Part shown: positions 49,355-58,188 of the stretch, piece after piece
Layout: each line of letters starts with the position of its first letter
Position numbering within the stretch: position 1 is the first letter of the stretch
Translations under genes and position numbers: made by a program
Notes under the pieces: model-generated
Databases searched by the model: none
Told to the model about the DNA's origin: nothing
Seen by the model: the letters and a program-made list of their open reading frames with translations, nothing else
Assembly: GCA_043778225.1 (NCBI GenBank)
Contig: JAYWGM010000095.1
Coordinates: forward strand, 1-64,000
Direction: 5' to 3'
Origin: Deinococcales bacterium
GTDB taxonomy: Bacteria > Deinococcota > Deinococci > Deinococcales > JAAFIG01
Length of the DNA stretch: 64,000 bases

Positions 49355-50508
49355 CAGCGTGTCCCACCCAATTGACCACGCATCCAAAGCTGACCAAGAC
49401 GGTATTCCTCGAGCCAGATTTTTAAGTTTTCTGGGTCAAGGCGCTTAATTTGTGTTTGTCCATCGGTTTTTTCGCAAGTGAAAACATATTCTGGGTAATC
49501 GGTTAGGGCATCTATCAGGATTTCGGAATGGGTTGTTATAATTAACTGTGTGCGTGTTGCCGCCGTGACCAACAACTGCGCCAGACTCGGCAGAATATCT
49601 GGATGCAGCCCAAGTTCGGGTTCTTCGATACAAATAAGCGGCGGTGGCTTGGGGTCACAAAGAATTGCCAGTAAACACAAATAACGCAACGTCCCATCCG
49701 ATAATCGCGTGGCTGGGATGCTAAATTTGCCCTCAGTTAAAAAAATCTGGGTCGTACCACCCTGAATCAGGACATTAAAATCCGTCAAACCCTGATACAA
49801 CAAGCGCAGGTTCTCGAGAATCGCATTTTTGAACTCTGGATTGACACTCGAGCGACTTAATACCAACCCAAGATTGGAGTAATCCTCTGCCAAGTAATCG
49901 TTTCTCGAGTCGGCTGGTTTTGGATTACGGAGGATATTTTTGCGCCCAAAAGACCATTCGCGGTAAATACGGATTTCTGGATAAATTCTTGACAATTCAG
50001 ATATTTGCGGATACCTCATAAAGTCTTTAACTTGAGTAATTATCGATTTTGACGATGAGAAAGTTCTTGCTGGGATTTCTTCTACCCTTTGGTCACTGGA
50101 AACGATTTTTAATTCAGATTTATCGTGGAAATATAAGGTTTTTTTATTTTGAAAAGGTTCTCCAGAGATAACTTCTCTGCTAATTGATAGGCTTTCTGAC
50201 CCAACAAGAAAACTAATCTCGTGCATCCACTGAAAATCATAATAGTGTCCGAGTATTTCCAATGAGATACGCGAGATAGTATTACCTTTCCAAGCCCATT
50301 CTCCCAAACCACCATTTTCGATCAATTCGCCTTCCAAGTCTCCTGCCATAGCTCTGAGCAAACCAATGACATCAATTAAATTTGATTTCCCCGAACCATT
50401 TGTACCAATTAAAACATTTAAGCTCGAGAGCTTTATCGGCTCGGTTTCATCACCAAAAGACAAAATGCCTTTTGGTGTTATCTCGAGCAACAGCCGTGAA
50501 TCTGACAT
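49351..50508 (-). CDS. AAA_21 / ABC-type ATPase (AbiEii/AriA-like)
   Basis: GTNGSGKS, LSDGT, IEEPELGLHP, TTHS; start moved to 50508. Confidence 0.88.
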   Translation of the reverse strand: MSDSRLLLEITPKGILSFGDETEPIKLSSLNVLIGTNGSGKSNLIDVIGLLRAMAGDLEGELIENGGLGEWAWKGNTISRISLEILGHYYDFQWMHEISFLVGSESLSISREVISGEPFQNKKTLYFHDKSELKIVSSDQRVEEIPARTFSSSKSIITQVKDFMRYPQISELSRIYPEIRIYREWSFGRKNILRNPKPADSRNDYLAEDYSNLGLVLSRSSVNPEFKNAILENLRLLYQGLTDFNVLIQGGTTQIFLTEGKFSIPATRLSDGTLRYLCLLAILCDPKPPPLICIEEPELGLHPDILPSLAQLLVTAATRTQLIITTHSEILIDALTDYPEYVFTCEKTDGQTQIKRLDPENLKIWLEEYRLGQLWMRGQLGGTRW

Positions 50509-50538
50509 GACCCCATCATAGCGTATTAAAATACCTTC

Positions 50539-51951
50539 ATGACCCCAACCGAATTCCGTGCTTTTGGACACACCTTAATAGATTGGATTGCCGATTACCG
50601 CGCTGGCATCCGCACCCGCCGCGTTTGGAGTGGTGCCAAACCAAACGATTTGCTCGAGCAACTGCCCGCCGTCGCGCCACTCGAGCCAGATAGCCCACAA
50701 GACTTACTGCACGACCTCGAGACGCTGATTCTGCCAAGCATCTCCAATTGGCAACACCCGATGTTTTTTGGGTACTTTCCAGCCAACTCGAGCCTAGAAT
50801 CGGTACTGGGCGATTTGGTCTCGAGCGGGCTTGGGCAACTTGGGCTTAACTGGGCAGCCAGTCCAGCCTTGACTGAACTCGAGCAACGAATGCTTGAATG
50901 GATGCAGCAAGTTTCAAACATTCCCACGCACATGAAAGGCGTGATTCAGGACACCGCCAGCACTGCCACGATGGTGGCTTTAATATCGGCTCGAGAACGC
51001 AGCACCAATTACGCCCTCGCCCGAGGCGGTTTACAGTCTGAACCTCAAGCCCAAATGATTTACTTTTCGATTCAGTGTCACTCGAGTGTCGAAAAAGGTG
51101 GCTTGCTGGCTGGTTTTGGCAAGGATAATCTGCGGATTGTGCCAGTGGATAAGAACTTTGATTTAATTCCAGCCGAACTAGAACGCATGATTCTCGAGGA
51201 CATTGCACTTGGCAAGAAACCCTGCGCGATTGTCGCCACCGTCGGCGGCACAACCACCACGGCTTGCGACCCCCTACCCGAACTGGCACGGATTGCTCGA
51301 GCCTATGGTTTATGGCTTCATGTGGATGCCGCAATGGCTGGCAGCGCCATGATTCTGCCCGAGAAACAAGATTTATTTGCGGGTCTCGAGGGGGCAGATT
51401 CTTTGTGTCTAAATCCGCATAAATGGCTCGGTGCGACTTTTGACTGCTCGTTGTATTACGTGGCTGACCCTGAACATTTGGTGCGGGTAATGAGTACCAA
51501 CCCCAGTTATTTGCAAACCAGCACCGATGGACAAGTGACTCAGTACCGCGATTGGGGCGTACCGCTTGGGCGGCGAATGCGAGCGCTCAAACTCTGGTTT
51601 TTACTGCGACTCGAGGGTGTGGCAAAACTCCAAGCCAGATTGCGCCGCGACCTCGAGAGTGCAAAATGGCTCGAGCAGGAAATACGCAACACAAACAATT
51701 GGCAAGTCCTAAATCCTGTGCGGCTTCAAACCCTGTGCATTCGCCATGAACCAGACGGACTCGAGGGGGCAGACCTAGACCAACACACCCTTGCTTGGGT
51801 GAATCAAATCAACGCAAGCGGCAATGCGTACCTCACGCCAGCTATTCTCGATGGTCGTTGGATGGTTAGGGTATCCATTGGCGCACTCGAGACAACACTT
51901 GAAGATGTGAAGCACTTATGGGCATTGATGCAAGAAGCCGTGGGATTGTAA
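50539..51951 (+). CDS. Group II PLP-dependent decarboxylase (aromatic L-amino acid decarboxylase-like)
   Basis: WQHP.FF.YFP, W.ASPA.TELE, WLHVDAA.AG, NPHKW, LGRR.RALKLW. Confidence 0.92.
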   Translation: MTPTEFRAFGHTLIDWIADYRAGIRTRRVWSGAKPNDLLEQLPAVAPLEPDSPQDLLHDLETLILPSISNWQHPMFFGYFPANSSLESVLGDLVSSGLGQLGLNWAASPALTELEQRMLEWMQQVSNIPTHMKGVIQDTASTATMVALISARERSTNYALARGGLQSEPQAQMIYFSIQCHSSVEKGGLLAGFGKDNLRIVPVDKNFDLIPAELERMILEDIALGKKPCAIVATVGGTTTTACDPLPELARIARAYGLWLHVDAAMAGSAMILPEKQDLFAGLEGADSLCLNPHKWLGATFDCSLYYVADPEHLVRVMSTNPSYLQTSTDGQVTQYRDWGVPLGRRMRALKLWFLLRLEGVAKLQARLRRDLESAKWLEQEIRNTNNWQVLNPVRLQTLCIRHEPDGLEGADLDQHTLAWVNQINASGNAYLTPAILDGRWMVRVSIGALETTLEDVKHLWALMQEAVGL

Positions 51952-51955
51952 GTTA

Positions 51956-52561
51956 CTACAAAACTTTTCCTATGGCTTTCAAAGCAAACCGCTTAAAAGT
52001 CTCAAGTTTTTTTAAGCGTTGTAAATCAGGCAATTTCTGGGCAATCCGAATGGCGTGTTTGGAATCTACAAATTTGTAGCCAAGGTTTTGTTCAAAAAGG
52101 TTTATTAACCGACTTTTTGGATCAAGTTCTCGCTCAGGTTTTTTTGGCAGGGACAATTTTTTACGAGGTTTTAGAAGCTCATTCAAAGCCCGTTCATCTG
52201 CCAACAACCAAGCCTCCAACATTTTTTCGATGCACAACAAATACACAGGTTGATTCTCGAGTATTCCAGCATTAGACAAGGTTTTCAAGACACTTTGACG
52301 TTCTTGAAAACGACAATACGGCATTCCCTTAGTCGGGTAGGATGGGTGCAAATCCCAGACAATAACAACCCGTTCGCAGCCCTCCGCTAGTAAATTCCGA
52401 GCCGCAATTCCACAGGCTTCGATTAAATCCTTTTTATTGGTCATGGCAACAACTCGAATATCCTTCTCGAGCAACGAAGAATCAAGCATTCGCAACAAAT
52501 GAGGCAAGACCTTTATTTCCGCACCATCAGAAGTAGACTCAACAATCAGTCCAATTTTCAT
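51956..52561 (-). CDS. DUF4276-like (TOPRIM-fold) protein, second copy
   Basis: IGLIVES..D, IVWDL, LEAWLLAD, PE...DPK; ATGA overlap with the ATPase. Confidence 0.65.
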   Translation of the reverse strand: MKIGLIVESTSDGAEIKVLPHLLRMLDSSLLEKDIRVVAMTNKKDLIEACGIAARNLLAEGCERVVIVWDLHPSYPTKGMPYCRFQERQSVLKTLSNAGILENQPVYLLCIEKMLEAWLLADERALNELLKPRKKLSLPKKPERELDPKSRLINLFEQNLGYKFVDSKHAIRIAQKLPDLQRLKKLETFKRFALKAIGKVL

Positions 52562-53688
52562 GCCTCACCAGCACGCAATTGACCCATGGTGTACAACTGC
52601 CCTGGATTAAATTTCTCAGTCCATCTTTGCAGTGTTTGGTTATTGCTCGGGTCTGGACGAAAAAATTGTGGCGCACCATCTACACGTTCCACCAGTACAA
52701 TTTCATTAAAACGCAGTAAATCCAATAAGTACGGCGAATGGGTTGTAAAAATCACTTGAGATTTACCAGAAGTGGTTAAATACCGAATTTCATCTAAAAT
52801 AAGTTGCACGGTTCGCGGGTCAAGTCCATTCTCGAGTTCTTCAATCACAATTAAAGGTGGTGGTGTTGGATGACGCAGCACACAAAGCAAAGCCAGTACC
52901 CGAAGCGTACCGCTCGAGAGTAACCAACCGGGTACTTTGAATTCTTTTTCGGTCAGTTGCAAGTACACTGTGCGTTCAAGTTCAGAAGTAATGCTTGGCT
53001 GAATGTTTTTTGCGTATGGCAGAACATACATTAGGGTTTCCACAATGCCTTCAAAAGCTTGAGCGTCTAATTCTCGGATGCTCAACAGGTACTCGGCAAC
53101 ATTAGAACCATCTTTGGCTAAACGCACTTGGCTTGAAGCCCGTTGTCTAGGTCGAGGCAAGCCCATATTGGCTGGTGCTAACTCGAGAAATTGCCAGTTA
53201 TGAACCATCCATAAAAATTTTGCTTCTGGTTGCGAATCTGAGTTGGTTTTGCGTATTTTCCCAACTTTAACAATCTCTTCGCGCTTAAAACCAACAAAAT
53301 CCAAATTCTTATTTCTTGCACTAATTTCATAATCTACTCGCAGTTGCTGTTGGTTGACCACAGCACCAAAAAGAAATTCAATCGGGTTGGACAACCAAGT
53401 CCGAGGCAAATCTGGAATCTCAATTTCGTATTTTTCGGGTTGAGGTTTGGCTTTTGCCAGAGCCTCCTGATGCCAAATATATTCGATACCTTTCCAGTGC
53501 TGCATGGCAACATCTAAACGATTAACAACAATGGTTTGAAAAGTTTCAAGTCCTTCGATTAAACTGCTTTTACCAGCCCCATTATTACCAATAAAAGCTG
53601 TAAGAGGCGTAAATTGAACACGTCCACTATCCAAAATTGCCTTAAAGTTCTTCAAACGCACAGACCGTAAATGCAAATTAGAAGCCAT
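52558..53688 (-). CDS. AAA_21 / ABC-type ATPase, second copy
   Basis: GNNGAGKS, LSSGT, IEELENGLDP, TTHS. Confidence 0.88.
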   Translation of the reverse strand: MASNLHLRSVRLKNFKAILDSGRVQFTPLTAFIGNNGAGKSSLIEGLETFQTIVVNRLDVAMQHWKGIEYIWHQEALAKAKPQPEKYEIEIPDLPRTWLSNPIEFLFGAVVNQQQLRVDYEISARNKNLDFVGFKREEIVKVGKIRKTNSDSQPEAKFLWMVHNWQFLELAPANMGLPRPRQRASSQVRLAKDGSNVAEYLLSIRELDAQAFEGIVETLMYVLPYAKNIQPSITSELERTVYLQLTEKEFKVPGWLLSSGTLRVLALLCVLRHPTPPPLIVIEELENGLDPRTVQLILDEIRYLTTSGKSQVIFTTHSPYLLDLLRFNEIVLVERVDGAPQFFRPDPSNNQTLQRWTEKFNPGQLYTMGQLRAGEA

Positions 53689-53691
53689 ACT

Positions 53692-54048
53692 TCAACCAAC
53701 CCCCTCGAGCAACACAGCCCGAATTTGACCTGACACACCCACAAAATTATTCAACACATCAAAATTAGAAAACCGCACCACCCGCAAACCAAGCCCCTCA
53801 AGAAATGCAGTGCGCTCTGCATCATAAGCCAAACCTTCGGGCGTAAAATGCTGCGAACCATCCACTTCAATTACCACCTTACAAGCGGCACAATAAAAAT
53901 CCACGATGTACCAACCAAAAGGACGTTGCCGCCGAACTCGAGGTTCAAAATCACGCAGCAACTCAAACCACAACCTCGCTTCCGCTCGAGTCATCTCACG
54001 GCGCATTGCTTGCGCTCGAGGAATAAGGGCTTTGGTGTACGTTTTCAT
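53692..54048 (-). CDS. DUF559 (Vsr-like) endonuclease
   Basis: R..MT.AE..LW, RRQ.P.G.YIVDFYC, IEVDGSQH, D.ERT..LE..G..V.RF.N; start moved to 54048. Confidence 0.9.
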   Translation of the reverse strand: MKTYTKALIPRAQAMRREMTRAEARLWFELLRDFEPRVRRQRPFGWYIVDFYCAACKVVIEVDGSQHFTPEGLAYDAERTAFLEGLGLRVVRFSNFDVLNNFVGVSGQIRAVLLEGVG

Positions 54049-54110
54049 CAAAGGATTGTACTGCAAAAAGCAAAGCACCCACGTGGTAACACGCGGGAAG
54101 GGCAACAGCA

Positions 54111-54254
54111 CCCCCCGCCGCTTCGCGGCGACCCCCTGCTTCGCAGGGGGTGACTTTTCTAATGCTAAAAGCTAAAAGCCCAAGCCCTGCGCTCTTAGCC
54201 CTCCCTGCGAAGCAGGGGAGGTGGCTCGAGCTTGCGAGAGACGGAGGGGTGGGG
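54111..54254. repeat. Inverted pair of double-hairpin palindromic elements next to DUF559
   Basis: ccccccgccgcttcgcggcgaccccctgcttcgcaggggg on + and cccctccgtctctcgcaagctcgagccacctcccctgcttcgcagggagg on -; both share CCCTGCTTCGCAGGG. Confidence 0.75.
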
Positions 54255-54265
54255 TTGCCCCGCAC

Positions 54266-57200
54266 TTACTTGATCAACCCATTTCGCACGTCTTGATATG
54301 CGTTAAGTGCAGCTAACCTAACCCCTTCGGTGACGAGCGGGAAGGTCTCGAGGATATGTGCAAATTCGCTTTCAGTTAAGCCGTACAGGTGTGCAATTAG
54401 CCCGTCCAATTCGGCGCGGAGTTTGGCGCGTTCGGTGGGAATAGTAGCCCCATCCTTATGACTGCCTAAGCCAGCGCTTTTGGCGAGTTCGTCGAATTCT
54501 GGTGTGGTACAAATAAGTTTGGCGGCTCGAGTGACAATGGGTTTGAAGCGTGTGTCTCGAGTGGTAAGACGAGGAACTGGGGTTTGGTAGACAAAGAAAA
54601 AATTCATTTGTGTTGCAACTCTTTGACGTAAAGAGAAATCTACGATGTAGCTGCTCATGACTGCATCTAAAAACAAAATTTCTGTGTCAGAAATCTCGCT
54701 ATTTTCAAATTTTAGAACTTGTAAGGAGTTCCCACAAAATACGTCTTTAGGTACGACCATACAAACCATTGTGCGTTCGTTGGTGTTGCCAGTTATTGAG
54801 CGGCAACCAAATCGGTAACGCTGATAATCTAATTGTTGTTCTGTGTCTTCTGTTCGTCCGAGTATGGCGGCTCGAGCGGTTTTTTGGTTAAGCCAGTAGC
54901 GTGGTTCGGCGTAGTGTGCGTCAAAATGCCAAATCATTTTTCCTTCGTAGAGTGGTAAATCATTTTTAGTTTTTGCAGACTGAAATAAGTGGCTATCATT
55001 GGTCATGTCAAATTCTCGAGTCAAAGAAAAGTTCCATGTTTTCTCGAGTTGTTCGCCCAATAACGGAAACAACGCCATTTTCTCGGCAATTTCAATGTCT
55101 GTTACCGACTTAAATTCCATTACGCTTAACGAGTCTGGACTTAGCCGCCGTATTAAATCCACATTTATTTTCAGTCCTACTTCGTTTGGAAATAATTCTA
55201 GGTCGCTTGTGTTGTGGCGCATAAAAGCAGCCGAGAATTCTTTGGTAAAGCCCGATTTTTCAAAGGTTAGCACCACAAATTTGAAGCGGCTGTCCACATT
55301 TTCAAAAACTGTTTTCCGATTCTCAAAACAAAATAAGCCCGTAACCTTTGTTTCGGCAAACAGCATTTCGCGCAAAGGCATTGTGCCTAAGTCGCTGTAA
55401 ATCCCACTTGGAATTACAATTCCACAAAAACCATCCGAACGCAACAAACGCCAGCATTGTTCGGTAAATAATTTGTAAAGGTTCACATCACCGCGTCCTT
55501 GGTGCTGATACTGGCTGCCTGAGCGATAAAAAGCACTGACATGAGGGTATTGACTCAAGTATTTTTCGTACTCGAGCCTGATTGTTTTATCTTTAAGCAG
55601 TTTAGCCAGTTCTGCTTGGAATTCCTTAACGCTGGTTGTGCGGCGGTCAACCGTACCCGTGTACCTGCCAACAAATTCTCGGTCTATTGGCTTGAAAGTA
55701 TCCCACGGCGGATTGGCAATAATTGCATCAAAACCGCCCTCTTTCATGGCTTCGGCAAATTCAAAACCCCAATGGAATGGCTCGAGATTTTCAATGTCAG
55801 CGAGTGTCAAAGCACGTTTGGTGGTTTTGCCTTCTTTATTTTTAGTTGTGTCCCAACTGGCTTCTTCAAAGCGAATGCCCTGATTACCAAATTCCTCGAG
55901 CAGCATCGGATTCAAGACTTTTAAGGCTTCGGCTTGTCCTTCTCGCAAGTTCTTTTGTAGACCCTGTAAATTTTCAATTCCTAGTTCCGCAGCCCCACGA
56001 TAATCTTTGAGTTGCCGTAAACGAGTATCAATAATTTCTTGATAAGTTTTTGTTCTTAAACCTGCTTCTGGCGCATCAAACATTGCCAACTGTGCATCAT
56101 TTACTCGAGTATTAAAATTAGTTTCGTCTATGTGCATTAAGCCAATTAAGCTGTTGCCACTTAAAATATTAAAATCGATGTTCGGTAGTGGCTCGAGGTC
56201 TTCGACACTTTTGGCACTGCTGACCATGGCTAGAAAAAGCCGTAATCTTGCAATGTCGGTGGCTTCGGGCATTAAGTCCACACCAAATAAGTTATCGGTC
56301 ACAATGCGGCGTTTGACCACATAAGTAAAAGTGCTGCGGTTGCCTTGCTGGATTTTCTTCCAATTGTTTAAGTACGGGTCGTTAAGAATATCTATGCGTC
56401 CTAGAATTGCGCCGTAAATATCGGTCAGGGTTTTTAGGGCTGCTATTAAAAATGCGCCCGAACCACACGCTGGGTCGAGTAATTTTAACTTCGGGAGTAC
56501 CTGCTCGAGTAATTCTGTGCAGAGGTTCGCATCGAGTTTTAGGAGCATTTCGGGTAAATCGCTAAATTTCTTTTGGGGTAATCCTGCCACGCCACGCCCA
56601 ACATTGACTTTCTCGAGAATCAGTTGGTGAATGGTTTGTTTGCATAGGTACTCGGTTATTTCTGGGCGGGTGTAATACGCGCCGAAGGCTTTGTTATTGA
56701 TGTATTTTTCAAAAATATAACCAAGCACGTCAGGGTTTATTTCGTTATCTTTACCTTCTGGGGTGTCGTCTAAATTCCAAGAGTAATCGCTAAAAAGTTT
56801 GAATAAATTGGTAAAGGCTTGGTTTTGTACTTCTATATTCTGGTTCTCGAGTTCGATTCGGTGCGCCAAAAAAAGTCCACCGTTTAAGTATTTGATATGT
56901 CCTAGTTTTTGTTGTGTGGCTGCGTCTCGAGCCTCGGGTGGTTTGGCAAATCCTTCAAAAAACAAGTCTTTTAGAAAGTCCTGATAAAAATTTGTGGTTT
57001 TGTACGCCTCGAGTTTCTGGTCTAAGTAATTTCGGTTGCCATTGTCGCCGCTTTTGGTGTCTAAAAAACCCTTGGCTTGTAAAAAGTAAATAAACATCAG
57101 GCGGTGCAGCAGCACACTCGCATAATGGGCTTTGTCTTTTTCGTTTTCGATGCCAGTTATAAAGTCTCTAAACTCGAGCCGTACCGCATCGAATTCTTTA

Positions 57201-57706
57201 TAGAATTTCTTAGTAACTTTTTCAACATCCAGCGCGTTACCTAGGCGTTTGACAGCTTCGGTAACTGGTAGGTTGCCGCGTTCGTCGAGGTCGGAAATAT
57301 CCACGAACATTCCAATTATTTTGGAAATAAATAAGTCACCTGTTTGACCTTTTACAAATAAATGGTCGCGGTCTATTTCTTTTTTGCCATCGCGTTTCAC
57401 CCAGTACCAGAGGCTTTGGGTGGGTGCGTCCAGCTTGTCAGTAAAAATAATTAAGTGTTCAAAAGCCAGTTTCGTAATTTCTTTATGAAAACTTTTACGC
57501 AAGTTTTTGTTGGTCAGGGCTGCTTGGTTTTCGATTTGAAATACTTTAACGCCGCCTAGTGTCGCAATTTCTTGGTAATGGCTGGTTATTGTGCCATTTT
57601 TAAGGCTCGAGATTCTGGGGTTGCTGGGGTTATTCCAACCTAAATCTCTAAAAACTTCACCAAAGTTAAAATCTTGTAAGTGTTGACGCAGTTTTTTAAT
57701 ATTCAT
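54266..57706 (-). CDS. Large amino (N6-adenine type) DNA methyltransferase, Eco57I / type IIG-like
   Basis: YLNGGLF, LGYIFE, GAYYT, LDPACGSGAF (motif I), IIANPPW (motif IV), C-terminal target recognition region. Confidence 0.9.
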   Translation of the reverse strand: MNIKKLRQHLQDFNFGEVFRDLGWNNPSNPRISSLKNGTITSHYQEIATLGGVKVFQIENQAALTNKNLRKSFHKEITKLAFEHLIIFTDKLDAPTQSLWYWVKRDGKKEIDRDHLFVKGQTGDLFISKIIGMFVDISDLDERGNLPVTEAVKRLGNALDVEKVTKKFYKEFDAVRLEFRDFITGIENEKDKAHYASVLLHRLMFIYFLQAKGFLDTKSGDNGNRNYLDQKLEAYKTTNFYQDFLKDLFFEGFAKPPEARDAATQQKLGHIKYLNGGLFLAHRIELENQNIEVQNQAFTNLFKLFSDYSWNLDDTPEGKDNEINPDVLGYIFEKYINNKAFGAYYTRPEITEYLCKQTIHQLILEKVNVGRGVAGLPQKKFSDLPEMLLKLDANLCTELLEQVLPKLKLLDPACGSGAFLIAALKTLTDIYGAILGRIDILNDPYLNNWKKIQQGNRSTFTYVVKRRIVTDNLFGVDLMPEATDIARLRLFLAMVSSAKSVEDLEPLPNIDFNILSGNSLIGLMHIDETNFNTRVNDAQLAMFDAPEAGLRTKTYQEIIDTRLRQLKDYRGAAELGIENLQGLQKNLREGQAEALKVLNPMLLEEFGNQGIRFEEASWDTTKNKEGKTTKRALTLADIENLEPFHWGFEFAEAMKEGGFDAIIANPPWDTFKPIDREFVGRYTGTVDRRTTSVKEFQAELAKLLKDKTIRLEYEKYLSQYPHVSAFYRSGSQYQHQGRGDVNLYKLFTEQCWRLLRSDGFCGIVIPSGIYSDLGTMPLREMLFAETKVTGLFCFENRKTVFENVDSRFKFVVLTFEKSGFTKEFSAAFMRHNTSDLELFPNEVGLKINVDLIRRLSPDSLSVMEFKSVTDIEIAEKMALFPLLGEQLEKTWNFSLTREFDMTNDSHLFQSAKTKNDLPLYEGKMIWHFDAHYAEPRYWLNQKTARAAILGRTEDTEQQLDYQRYRFGCRSITGNTNERTMVCMVVPKDVFCGNSLQVLKFENSEISDTEILFLDAVMSSYIVDFSLRQRVATQMNFFFVYQTPVPRLTTRDTRFKPIVTRAAKLICTTPEFDELAKSAGLGSHKDGATIPTERAKLRAELDGLIAHLYGLTESEFAHILETFPLVTEGVRLAALNAYQDVRNGLIK

Positions 57707-57713
57707 ACCAATC

Positions 57714-57950
57714 CTAGATGAGCGCTATAATTTCGGTAAGACTTCGTTCGCGTTGTTCAGCGATGGTGCTGAGAATATCGTGGAGTGTCCCGACTTTAAT
57801 TTGCTTGTGCATTGGAATGACAATGTGGGCTTGGGGTGGTCCTGGGTGAGTGAATCTTGCATGACTGCCATTTTGTCGAATGAATTGATACCCTAAGCGT
57901 TCAACTGTCCTCGCCAGTTGTTCGCCGCTCATGTCTCGAGGCAATTTCAT
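57714..57950 (-). CDS. HicA-family toxin
   Basis: LGY...RQ.GSH......IVIPMH..IKVGTL..IL. Confidence 0.88.
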   Translation of the reverse strand: MKLPRDMSGEQLARTVERLGYQFIRQNGSHARFTHPGPPQAHIVIPMHKQIKVGTLHDILSTIAEQRERSLTEIIALI

Positions 57951-58165
57951 GCAGCGTTGACCAAGAGTAATTCGTCTTTCACGTAATGCAGTGCGACCAA
58001 TTTGGGTTGTGCTTCGGCGGAGTCAAAATATGCGCCTAGTGCTTCGCGGATATTATTTTTGAGTTCTTCCCATGTTTCGGCTTGGGTAAAAATTGGTTTA
58101 CCCAGTGCTTTGGCGTGATAACCGCCTTCTTCTGCGTCGCGGATTTCAAAAATAAGTTCGGTCAT
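57947..58165 (-). CDS. HicB-like antitoxin (RNase H-like fold only)
   Basis: EEGGY.A......FTQAETWEEL..NIREA; ATGA overlap with hicA; start moved to 58165. Confidence 0.8.
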   Translation of the reverse strand: MTELIFEIRDAEEGGYHAKALGKPIFTQAETWEELKNNIREALGAYFDSAEAQPKLVALHYVKDELLLVNAA

Positions 58166-58188
58166 GATTTTAGTGTACCTGATTTTTT

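Noticed and set aside
50539..51951. Decarboxylase as a DNA-hypermodification enzyme of the defence system
   Set aside because: It looks like an ordinary group II amino-acid decarboxylase on the opposite strand; only proximity supports a link
54266..57706. Assigning CTCGAG as the target of this methyltransferase
   Set aside because: Specificity cannot be read from the sequence. Large type IIG-like enzymes usually recognise asymmetric sites, so methylome data are needed.
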